Source: the human T2T-CHM13v2.0 reference genome, Homo sapiens
Direction: 5' to 3' (one strand)
DNA: 64,000 nucleotides
Assembly: GCF_009914755.1 (NCBI RefSeq)
Contig: NC_060931.1
Shown: positions 25,676 to 37,340 of the stretch, piece after piece
Layout of the letters: each line of letters opens with the position of its first letter
Position numbering within the stretch: the stretch's first letter is position 1
Notes under the pieces: generated by a model
The model's input: only the letters and a program-made list of their open reading frames with translations
Databases searched by the model: none
Told to the model about the DNA's origin: nothing
Program-made: the position numbers and the translations under genes

Positions 25676-27564
25676 TTTTCATGTCCTCTCAATAGAGTTA
25701 TATTATCATTATTTTTGGTAAATAAGTATGAAATGTATACATTTTTGTGACTATGAAGATGTTGTGCACTGCTGAGCTATGCAGCACGTTATGATGTTTT
25801 CTTCTTCCACATTTGGTTTATGTTGGTTTGTTTCTTCTCTACAATCTATCATTAGTTTATTCCCAAATTCTGCTGCAGAAATATTCTCCTATTAATATAT
25901 TCAAATATATCCACAGTCTATGAAAGTTATGTATTTATTTTTGGACATCATTTATGGTGACTTTGGGTCACCAGCTTCCTAAACTGATGACTCTCAGGTT
26001 GGCTTCATATTTTTCCTAGTAGGATTTCCCTCCACCATCAATTGGAGGTTTCTTTAATCTCTCTCCTGATGGTTTTCCTTTTTACAAGATGCCGCTTTAT
26101 TCTCCTCTATTTATTCCTCCTTGTCTTGCTAAATATTTCCTCTAGTCCACAGAAGGGAAAATATGAAACCAGCAACTTCTGAAAATATGTTTATTCTATT
26201 CACATGCTTGATTGATAGTTTATTTAAGTATATAATTTCAGGTTGGGAATGATTTTCCTTCAGAATTTTGAAGGCATTGATACAGAGGCTCCTAGAATTC
26301 AGCTGCTCCTGAGAAATCTCATGCCATTTTGATTCCACCTCCTTTGAACAGTTGACCTGATTTTGTTCACCTCTTTGGAAGCTGCTAGTTTACGTTTCTA
26401 TTCCCAATATTCTAAAATTTCACAATGAAGCATTTAAGTCGAGATTTTTGGTTTTTTGTTTACTTACTTGAGGCATGCTAAATTTGAAAACTGCCTTCCC
26501 TGAGGTCTCAGAAATTTTCTTAATGCATTTTTTTATGATATCCTGCTTTCCATTTTCTCTATTCTTGTTTTTTGGAGAAAAACATGTTGGCTATGCTTCA
26601 GACCTCTTGCACTAATTCTCTAGTTTTCTTATCTATGTCTATGTTATTTCCATTTAAAAATTCTATCTTATGGAAGATTTTCTCAAGCTTATATTCCAAA
26701 CCGTGTTTGGATAATTTTATTTCTGTCTTCATATATTTAATTTCTCAAACTTCACTTTGTTCTCTGTATTTTTGTTAGATATAACATCCTCCAGTTTTAT
26801 AAATACAATACTACTCTAAGATGCTAGTATAATGTAATTTTAAAACTATTTTTATGTTCCTTGCATTGTCTCTGTTTCTCCTGTTTCTTTTGTTGTTATT
26901 GTCACTTGGTTTTTATATTGACTTTTACCTTTTTCAATTACTTTGAGTCTCTACACATCAGGAAGAAGTCTTCCTATTGTTGGCTTTGAGAATGATTAGA
27001 ATTTTTCAGGGATTCTTGAGGCCAGTGAGGACAGATTTATTAAGTTTTCCTATGTTCAGGTTACTTCTCTTGCCCTCAGCTCTACCTGCTATCCACAAGA
27101 TCAGGGGATCTTCTAGTTCGTGGATATCAGAGAGCAAGATTTCATTCTTCTCCTGAGTAAGGAAATAGTTCGCTCAGCTGTGCTGACAATCTGGGGATCA
27201 CTACTTCTTCCACAGGATTTCAACTGGTCCTTTAGTTTTCTACTTGATCTGTACACCTCTTTCAGATGCACATGTGGTTTCTAATTCTTGAAATTTTCTG
27301 GAGTTCTGTGGTGCAGTTCATCTTTCACCTTGGCTCTGTGCGCTACTATTTTGGGTTTCAGCTTTCTTGATTTAGCTAACAAGTTTAATTCTTGTCTGTC
27401 AACTTCCAGCTTTCAAAGTTTTGTTGCAGTACCTTCCATTTATTGCTCAATGTTGTTGGGGGTTAATGCCTCTTTTTGTCCATCTTATTACTACAATTTT
27501 CAAGAGGCTTCAGAAGAAGCAGAAATGAAAGCACATGTTCAATTAGCCATATTTATTGGAAGCC
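25330..27564 (-). mobile_element. HAL1 (half-L1)-like element, apparently near full length
   Basis: ORF1 C-terminal-like peptide NAFKILKENHSQPEIIYLNKLSIKHVNRINIFS (26129-26338). An L1ME-like 3' end lies only about 0.8 kb beyond it with no ORF2. The 5' end resembles GACTTCC…ATGGC. Confidence 0.65.
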
Positions 27565-27774
27565 AGTATCCATGTTTTTCTATTGTAAACTAGGATAATA
27601 ATATATGAGGTTATCCTTTCATAATATTTAATAGTGTAATATTCAGTATTCAGTTGCTTTTTAAACAATGAACTTTAATGTTCAAATGAAGGTTTGGAAT
27701 TTTTATTTCAAGCCTATTAATTTTCAAACACAGAACAGGAAATACTGATTCCTTTTGTATTCTATGCTTCAAAA

Positions 27775-28025
27775 TCAGTGTTTTCTAAAAGTCTACTGTA
27801 ATTCAGTGTTCAGATAACTTTGATAAATGCATATTTCCCTTTTTAGAAATACATGACATTCATTACAATAACAATGATTCAAAGCTATCCTGCAGTAAAG
27901 AAACATAGTTAATTTTGTTTAATCTTGGATTTCTTAAACTTAATTGACAGTTTAACAATTTTTCTGCAAACTTCCTAACAACATCCAGTAGATTTGTTCT
28001 GTGCAATACATTCTTAGAAACCCTA
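27775..28025 (-). mobile_element. MER103C-like hAT/Charlie element
   Basis: tcctgcagtaaagaaacatagttaattttgtttaatc…aaacttaattgac. Confidence 0.65.
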
Positions 28026-29184
28026 CTGTGAATTCAAAATTTTACTCGAGTACATTTTGCCCAGGCATCATGTGTAATTATCATGTATTGCAATTATGAT
28101 GGTTTATTTTAAATGTATTACAGGACTGCTTACAGCAAATTAGCTTGCCATGGTAAATAATACTTCTTGCCTCCAATTTGATTAATAAGTTTGTCAAAAA
28201 TAAGATCCTACATTTCATTCTTTAAAATACATATATTCTTTTTTAAGGGTTTATGACTGAAAGAAGTGGTAATAATATTTAGAATACTATCATCTGGCAT
28301 GAAAGCTAAATTTTATTTAGAAGATGCAAATCTGAAGAGTACCTTACACCTACCATGAGATCTACTTTAACCAAGTTCTATAGTTAATTCATAAATCACA
28401 TCTTTTCCAGGCTTTACTCTTTGGTACAGACACATGTGTTGAATATCTAACCCACTAGTGATGCTTAAAATTGACATTCCAATTATAAATTATATGATGA
28501 AATAAAATGGGGGTAAATTTGCATAAAAACTATTCATAACTAGGAAGCAAAAAAGAGATTATTTAACTTGTAGGACTGCTTATTCTCTCACTTGCCTACA
28601 AGAAAGCATCACTTGATTTACCAAAGTAGCTATTTTTTCTGCTGTTAGCTCTTAACCAAATATTGGCACTTAAGAGCACCATCTCTCCTTCAGTGGATCA
28701 AGCCAAATACAACTACAGCCCAAAAAAGACATCCTGTCCCTCCTTCAACAGCCAGGAGTCTCCTCTCACAGTTCCAAGGAAAAACCAGAACAAATATTTG
28801 CAAAGATTTTTGTCTTGTAGCAAAAATCGGCATTAATAAAATCATGTTTGGAGGAAAGTGCTGAGAGGGTATATAAAAACAATATTGTAATTTCAAAGTG
28901 GGAAACATTAATTCATAATGTGCAGGAGTATTTTTAGATGGCACTGACAGTTTGCATGAAGCTTGGGAGTGGTGTGACTTGCTTTCATAGGAAAGGAATG
29001 GCCTAGCCTGGGAATTTTATTGGCAGATATCATAGCTTAAAAATGCACATGGGATGTCTGTCTTATAAAGCAACAAATATAATATTTTACTTGTTTTCAC
29101 TTTATGATAGGAATCATTATGCTTTTCTCATTATTCATCTCACTTTTGCTAGACAGTATTAAACAGAAGTCTGCACATTATCTT

Positions 29185-29418
29185 GGATTTTTATGGCTCT
29201 CTATGGTTTGCAAAGTACTTTCACATACATCGCCACCTTTAATCCTTGCAACAACTGTTGAGGGTATTATTAATACCTCTGCTTTATCTAAGAGAAAACT
29301 GAGCATCAAAAGGGATTAGTGAATTGCCTAAGACGACACAACCACAAAATTGCAGGGCCAAGTCAGGAACCCTGGACTTCTGTTTCAAATCCAGAGAGGG
29401 CACTCCCCTCTACCACCA
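29185..29418 (-). mobile_element. MIR
   Basis: tttgcaaagtactttcacatacatc…gagaaaactgagcatcaaaagggattagtgaattgcctaagacgacaca. Confidence 0.7.
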
Positions 29419-29489
29419 TTGCAAGATGTTCTTCCTTCTTATAATTAGCTTTCCAAAACTTCAGCTTACATTAGTTATTTTCCATCATA

Positions 29490-29570
29490 TATCAGATTGA
29501 AGCATACAAAATTACCTTTTTTTCAGGTCAGAAGAGGAATATGAGCAATTTCAAATAGTTCAATCTAATG
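29490..29570. mobile_element. MADE2-like mariner MITE (about 80 bp)
   Basis: Degenerate inverted termini tcagattgaagcatacaaaatt…gcaatttcaaatagttcaatctaa. Confidence 0.7.
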
Positions 29571-30138
29571 CATATAGAACCCCTATAAACATATTTGATA
29601 ATCTGCAATACTGCCCACATACAAATGTCCTATTTTAAACTATATCACAAACATTTAAGAAGTGGGTTTTTTTTCTTTTTGAAACTTCAGTTCTAGCACT
29701 TTAGTAGTTCAAGCTGTGTCTATGCAGACACACACACGGGTTTCGTCAATTTGATTGATTTAGTTAAGCCAATTCAAATAAAATCACCCAATGAGTTGTT
29801 TTGAGTGAAAACTGTTTGCTTTTGTTTTGTAGTGAATAAATCAATATAGTCAGTTTAAAAGGGTTCGTTTATGCAAAAACAGCGTAAGTGATGCAGTGAG
29901 AAAAGGTGCTTCTGGGCAGGAGATCCAGAGAGTTCTCAGATGGCAGATGGCCTTTTTGCAAGGCCTCAGGATGCTGAGAGGGAGGGAAGAGTGGTTATGT
30001 TCCGAATGCTCTCATTTCCTGCCCTCTCCCCAGGGAGGCATAGATATCATCAAAGGTCCTGGAATGAACTTTTCTGAATCTCAAAATAATTATTTTCCAA
30101 ACTTAAGGGATTGGTAAAATTTTGGTTTGATCTTTAAA

Positions 30139-30150
30139 TGTGTGTATGTG

Positions 30151-30192
<42 letters not shown>
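30139..30192. repeat. (TG)n microsatellite
   Basis: Visible run. Confidence 0.95.
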
Positions 30193-30194
<2 letters not shown>

Positions 30195-30673
30195 GTTGTC
30201 AGTCATTAAAAAACATCACACCACCCAAGTCATGAATTTAATAATTTTTGCTCATAGATTTTATAATGATTCTAAAACAGTTATTTTTTAAAACTGCATG
30301 GACTGTATTTGACTCAGTTTAAACTAAATGATAAAAATAAGGGTAAGAATGAGATACCTATATTTCAAGCTATGTGAGTAGAAAAACTAAAAATTATTGT
30401 TTAAGATAGAGGTCGCCTCATTAATTACACTGAATTCTATCAGATACCATGTTTTATAAGAGATTATTATTTCATTTGACTGTATTGAGATTAAGATTTA
30501 TTAAGAATTATCATTCATTGATAATTCATTTACTGATTAAATATTCATTTATTTATAAACCAGTACCTGTTGAGCACTTACTATGTGTATAGCAAGTTTA
30601 CCTACGTACTTTGTATCCCTGGGGACACAAAAGATGCACAAAGTTTCAAAGTAATTATTTACCCAATTTCCCC

Positions 30674-30907
30674 TTTTTTTTTTGTTTTTTTGAGAAGGTG
30701 TCTTGCTCTGTCCCCCAGGCCGGAGTGCAGTGGCGTGATCTCTGCTCACTGCAACCTCTGCCCCACAGGTTCAAGAGACTCTCCTGCCTCAGCCTCTTGA
30801 GTAGCTAGGATTAAAGTCTAATTTGTTGTATTTTTAGTAGAGATGGGGTTTCGCCATGTTGGCCAGGCTGGTCTCAAACTCCTGACCTCAAGTCATCCAC
30901 CCACCTC
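30674..30907 (-). mobile_element. AluS, 5'-truncated with a small internal deletion
   Basis: Right monomer and partial left monomer; about 20 nt missing before the central A-rich linker. Confidence 0.9.
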
Positions 30908-33900
30908 ACATTTATTTTTCTTAATGAAACTTTTGTATCAAACCTTAGATGGAAGTCCATACTTTTAAATTTTTCACATACTTAATATCTGCAACCACAT
31001 ATTTTAAGGCTATGTTTTCTTTATAAAAAGCCTCAGAAATGAACAGAATATATTCATTATTATGAAAAATATTTTATCTTATTTAAATCAGATTGTGTTC
31101 AATTATACTTGCTTTTCAGAAATAAATGTGACTCTTACATATTGTGTCAAAAATTTTAATTTTAATAAGATATTAATGAGATATAATAAATTAAATATTG
31201 ACCTAGGTTTTATGCTAATTTAGAAATACAAATTTTAACTCACATTGACATGATTTTAAAATAAGGCATTAGTGAAAAATATGCCAAATATATACCATCA
31301 GCAACCTTTGTAGCAAACTGATCAGAGAAGGTTGGAAGAAAAATAAAATGTATGAAGTACTCCAGATAAAATATGAGACAAAAAGAAGCAATCAATAACT
31401 TTTAAATTGGAAAGTAATCTGAATTCTTGATAAAGCTGAAGTGATTTATTATTAATGAAATAATGATAAATTATGATAGTTATATGATTCCTTCCCTGAG
31501 TCATAATCAAGAATTATGTATTAGTATGAATTATGTTGTAGTAATTAATGCTACAGGCATTTGTTGTGGGCCTACTGTGTGACCTAGTTGTTGTTGAAGA
31601 AGACAGATGTATTTCCTGCTCTAATAGGGCCCACTATTGTTCAAAATGTATGGCTATTTTATAAGGCCCCTAGATAAGGAGATATCTCCAGCTGAAGCCT
31701 GAGTCATGAAACATAAAGTTATTGCTTCAAAGTAATTAGAAATATCTGCCACCCAGTCAACTGCCTCATTATCACAATGCTGTATGCTTTTGAGATTGGC
31801 CTAATATTTATTTAGAATTTTATATATAAAGATAATCATAAATATTCCATATTTAACCTTCCATATGTAAAAAAAACTTTATACCCCTTTTCTATTTTCA
31901 AAAAAAAAACCATGATAAATAAAGGCTGTAGAGAAACAGCACCCTTAATATTTCTTTTCAATATTACAACTTCATTGTTAGCACCTCTGGATAGTAGTAA
32001 TCATCATGTATTATACTTAAGGTCAAGAATAAAGAACTTTAGTGAAAAACTAAAGGAAAAGGTGGTCTACTCAAAAATTAGGATGGTCATGAAGAACTTA
32101 TTTTATTTGAGCTCTCCTTTGTCAATATCTGAGCAGTAGGGGTTCTCATTAGCATTTATCAAATCTTCCTGCAGAGACACCCGATCTGCTGGTCTCTCTA
32201 GAATGAGCATGTCTTTTGGTATTTGTTGATCAGACCTCTGGGAGATCAGAAGGAAAGCACACTCAGTAAATGATTCAGGATTTTAGAATTCGTTTCCCTT
32301 GCCAAGAAACAAAAAGCAGAGTCTTTGGGGGGCTGAAAAGCCACATATTTACACATGTATATACTTGAAGAAGTATAGTGCAAATTCCCAGGGCTCCTGG
32401 GAAAATAAGAATACTGTTTTGTGGTTATATTTGGCAAAAGGACCAGAGATTCAATGTCACGATAAAAAAGTATTACAAACATTAAAATAAATGAAATAGG
32501 ACCTTTTCCTTATTTATATACCACAAATGGTCCAAATAATTCATAATATTTCTTCAAATGACCACAAGTCCACAAACTTTAGGTTGAAGGATATTAAGTG
32601 GGACCCAGAAGAATCCTACTTGGAAAAGGTAAAAAAAAATTCTAAAATTAAAACAAGACACAAAACATGCATGATGCTGTAGGTCCATTTTATCACCTAC
32701 ATAAACATAGAATTCTAAATAAGACAAGTTTCGGAGAATATCAGAAAGCTAATTTCACTGCAGTTATTCCCCGGTACCCTAAAGTATGCATCACACACTA
32801 TTTTAGCTCAAGAACTGTCAGTTGAGAGTGATATAAAATTTTTGTAAAGTGAAATTATCACCTTCTAATTTACTTGCTGCAGAGACAGATTCAAGCTTAG
32901 AAAAATCTAATAAAAGTTATTTATTGTTTGATTGCATATAAATCATCAAATTTATTATTTTGCTGGAAAATCAGTTCTACTATTGCCAGAGACTTTTTTC
33001 CCTGTCGTACACAACATTGGAAAAGTTCTACTATTTAAAATGTCTGATTAAGTACTAAAATATACAAAGAAATAAACTGTAAGCCTTCACTACCGAACTC
33101 TAAAAATAAAAGTTAATAGGCGTGGCTAAATTATAGTCATGCAGGTTGCAAGACATGTACGAGCTTTAGATCTATATCTGCCCTAAATCTATCTACATTT
33201 CTGGTTCACTCACAACAAAAAGTTACAAATTTCTATTCACAAAACTTTTTCACCAGTGCAAGAAAAATTAAGCTCTATCATGTGATTGGCTAAAATGCCC
33301 TATATGAAAACTTCATATATGCAATCAATATACCAAATAGAGAAATATTGATTCATAAATGAATCCATGCAAAATAGGGAAAGAAAGAAAAATGAGTCAG
33401 TGAACAAAGTAGAATCACTCATGTCTGCCCTAAAAGTATCTTCTAAAACTCAATGAGTCAAATTTCCTGGAGGGCAGGAGAAATCAGCAGGTATAAGCTA
33501 CACAACGTCAGGTTGTTTGGATTCCCCAGGAAGGACCCTTTGCCCAGAATTTCACTGTAAAATGTGAATCAAGTTAGCTGGATGGAAACATCTGGGGTAT
33601 AAGATTATCGAGAGTGGATAACTGGAATAAGATATAAAAATAAGTACATTCCATTGTCCTTTCTTCTGAATTACTGAGTAAAATTTTGATATGCTTATTA
33701 AGGATGTAATGATTCATCACTCTACAGTACTTGTTTAAAATATACAGAAAGTATTTATAAGAGGCCAGATTGCAAACAGAGGCTTTTCTGTTGTTGTTCT
33801 TGCTTGTCGTAAGTAGAGGTAATGGACATGGACCTCAATAAAGAATTTTACTGGAAGCAGTGAAAACATTACAGAATTTTGTTTACTTGATGCTTACTTC

Positions 33901-36000
33901 TCTCATTTTCCTACTAGGGCACAAGAAGCTGAACTGTATTTGTGTCACAATAGCTGCCAGAAGGAAAAGGCCAGAGATTTTTCCAGAACCTCTCTTACAC
34001 ACTCACCCAAACTGGCGACACACACACATGTGCACGTACACACATACAGAAATAAAATAATAAATTGAGTTGTCTTTAAGATTCTACAGTTGTACATTAA
34101 TTCTATGTACTTTCGAGCTAAGAATTAATAAGCATTTCTTGAATACACTGGAGATACAAGAAAAAATAAATTACATAGGGTCCCCTTCCTTAAGAAGTAC
34201 ATCCAGGTATTTTTTTTCAATGTACTGCTTGAGCCAGTGCATCTATCTAGAGGTATGAAATTGGACAATGCAATAATCATTTGGAAAGAGATAGAACAGT
34301 AGCAAAATTTGAGTTGAGCCTTTTCTTTCTGTCTGAAGTATACAGAACTACTACAAGTGATGAAATTACAGTTTGAATGTTTGGTTGTAGTACTGCTATG
34401 ACCATTTCAAACAATTATGGCTTGGAAAACAGAATAAAAGTTTCAAAGCTGTGCTTGATTATTTTTAGTTCTAAGTCTGGATAAAACCCGATGCTGTAAG
34501 ATTGAGAAATCACCTTCAGAATATTTCAATAGGGCTGACTGAAATTTTGAGCATAATTTGGCATACTGAATCATGAGAAAGTTATTGACCAATCTCTTTC
34601 AATAATATTCTCTAGTAATAGCCACGGAGATTTCTTACTCTTTCACTAGCTTGCTTGAAGAAGGTAAGCACAGTCCCGATCACTTACAGAAACTCTTGTC
34701 CACACATTCCTTAATTAAAACAGAAATAAATGCACACCCATTAGAGTTCTTGTTTCTGCAGTGCTGTGGCTGAACTGGAGTGGGACCAGGAGGTTACCAA
34801 AGGCTTTTAGCTCATCTCTCCATAAAAACATGTAATCTTAGCTAGAGCTATTTGGTCATTTGCCATAAATAAACTAGATGCTTGGCTGCTGACACTCTTT
34901 TAAATATTAAAAATAACTTACAGATTAAAACATAGACTTGAACTTGTGCTTTTAGGCAAACTAATCTCCAGCATGCTGCATGTGACATGGTATATCTGGA
35001 AATAAAAAAATTCCTCATAAAATCACTTTTTAAACAAGTAAGTCGTACCAATGTTCACGAATTACTTAATTCCTCTGGTAGTTTCTCTATTATTACACTT
35101 CCTCCACAACCCATGAAGACACTGGCCACATTAGTTTCAAAAAAGTTAGGTGATTAATCTAAGAGGAACGTCTTCTAATATGAAAACTTTCAGTGAAATG
35201 GGCCTAGAAAAATCTGAGGTGAGGTTAGAGGTTATTTGAGACTATAATGTCATAACATTGCTTGTAGACAAGACAGCAGTTATAAACATAGTGCATTGTG
35301 TTGTAGTTGTGAGCACAGGCTTTCTTCCTAAAAAGAGTCACCAAGTCTGACTAGAAAAGAATAAATACTGTTAGGGTAAGGCCAAAAAAGCAATTATGGA
35401 ACTTCTTAATCCCCAGGAAAATAACTCTTGAATAGGAAATAATAACTTGATAGCTTGTGATTAATAACATAAGATGAGGCAATTTTGGCAAGAAGCAATG
35501 TTCTGTGTTCACTGCGACTAGCAAGCACAGACCAGAAGTCAATGACTGCTCGACACTTGCTAAGTCCATGTTCCCACGTGTCATTTTCTGTAATTAGAGA
35601 AAGTAGCTTAGGAAGCACTATCTTTTACTGGAGAAATTTATTGTAGTAGTAAGAGGACCTCAGAAAAAGCTAAAAGTCTTTACTCTGTGTGTTCTGTTTG
35701 GTTTTGTTTTTGAGTAGCCTTTATGCCCCTACTTTCGACAAGCTAAGGATTACCTATTGCGAGCCGAACTCACCAAATGTGGGCTCGCCAGGACCAACCC
35801 ATGCCACTCCCTCTCTTCTCAGCACTGCTCCCCAGAAACACACTTTCCTTGAATTTTAAATCAGAGTAAATATAGAAGTCTTCCGAAATTAGAGTGTGTG
35901 TGTGCGTGTGTGTATATACACACGCACACACACATATATATGAATAAATATGTGAGACAAGATGGCTTGGAAAACAGAATAAAAGTCTCAAAGTTGTGAA

Positions 36001-36156
36001 TTTTTTTGAGACAAGATCTTGCTCTTTTGCCCAGGCTGGAGAACAGTGGCATGATACTGGCTCACTGCAGACTTGACATCTGGGGCTCAAGCAATTCTCC
36101 CGCCTCAGCCTCCAAGTAGCTCGGACCACAGGCACGTGCTACCACGTCCGGCTAAT

Positions 36157-36187
<31 letters not shown>

Positions 36188-36312
36188 GATTTTTTTTTTA
36201 GAGACAGGGTTTCCCTATATTGCCCAGGCTGCTCCAAAACTCCTGGGCTCAAGCAATCGTCTCTCCTCAGCCTCCCAAAATGCTGAGATTACAGGCGTGA
36301 GCACCACACCTA
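36001..36312 (-). mobile_element. AluJ with (TA)n-expanded middle linker
   Basis: gggctcaagcaat in both arms and ttgcccaggctg are J-type diagnostics. Confidence 0.9.
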
Positions 36313-36529
36313 AGTCTCATATATTTAAGAGTCAATCTATGCTTTCAATCATTGTTTATCTGTATTTACTTGATAACCTGTTCCTACCAGTCAATAAGGA
36401 AAAGCATAACACAAAATTAATAGTTCAGTCTTTTTTAAACTACTCCAGATGACTATAAGAATACCCTCCTAAATCAGTAGTCAGATAAAATTTCAAGAAT
36501 GCAAATGGAATAAAAATACTAAAATTTAT

Positions 36530-37340
36530 TTTCTCATTCATCTAATTATTCATTTGTACTGAAACACCTAATATGTTAGCAATACTTCTTTATAAGTTGG
36601 GGGTACAAAAGTGAATAAAAGGGACCAAAATCTTGGTCCTTAGGGATCTCATGTTTTATTTTTCTGAAGCCTACTCTCTAGCCACTGAGCTAATTGTTGC
36701 TGGTACAATGGTGATGATAACAGTGATGGCAGTGATAATAGTTCATATTTACTGGGTGCATATCCTTTAATATTCATAACAGCTCTATCTTTATTCTGAC
36801 ATACAAGTGTAGAAATGGAGCACAGAGAAATGAAGTAAATTGTTCAAAACACAAAGTAATTAGTGGGGCCAGGATTCAATTCTGGGTAATCTGAATTTTA
36901 TGCATCCTTGCTGCTCGTAAGCATTTTTTTGGTCTAGTGGAGAAGACAAGCAGTAATTTAATGATATAATGTAGTTAATGTTATATGCAACATATCACCG
37001 TGAGCACTTTACTGCTATTAACACATCTAATTTTCACAACTTCCTGAAGTAGGTAGCATTAATGGCTCATGTTATAGGTGAAGAAAAGCTGAGAAAGATT
37101 AAGGAACTTGCCTAGGGTTTTATAAATGGACATGCAGCATATAATAATTTAAGAATGGAGGCTTTAGGGCTAAACTACCTAGGTTTGAATATCTGCTCAT
37201 CTGTTTATGAGCTGGGTGACATTGAATTCTCTGTGACGCAATCCCTTCATCTGTTAAGAGGACTAGATTGTATATAAATCATAGTATCGCTAAGGAGTTA
37301 AAGAAATTATTTGTAAAGCATTTCAAATAGTTTTAAATAT
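36530..37340. mobile_element. Cluster of an L2 3' fragment and three MIR fragments in mixed orientation
   Basis: L2-like gggggtacaaaagtgaataaaa…cttagggatctcatgttt; MIR cores near 36800, 37075 (minus) and 37150-37330 (plus). Confidence 0.55.
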
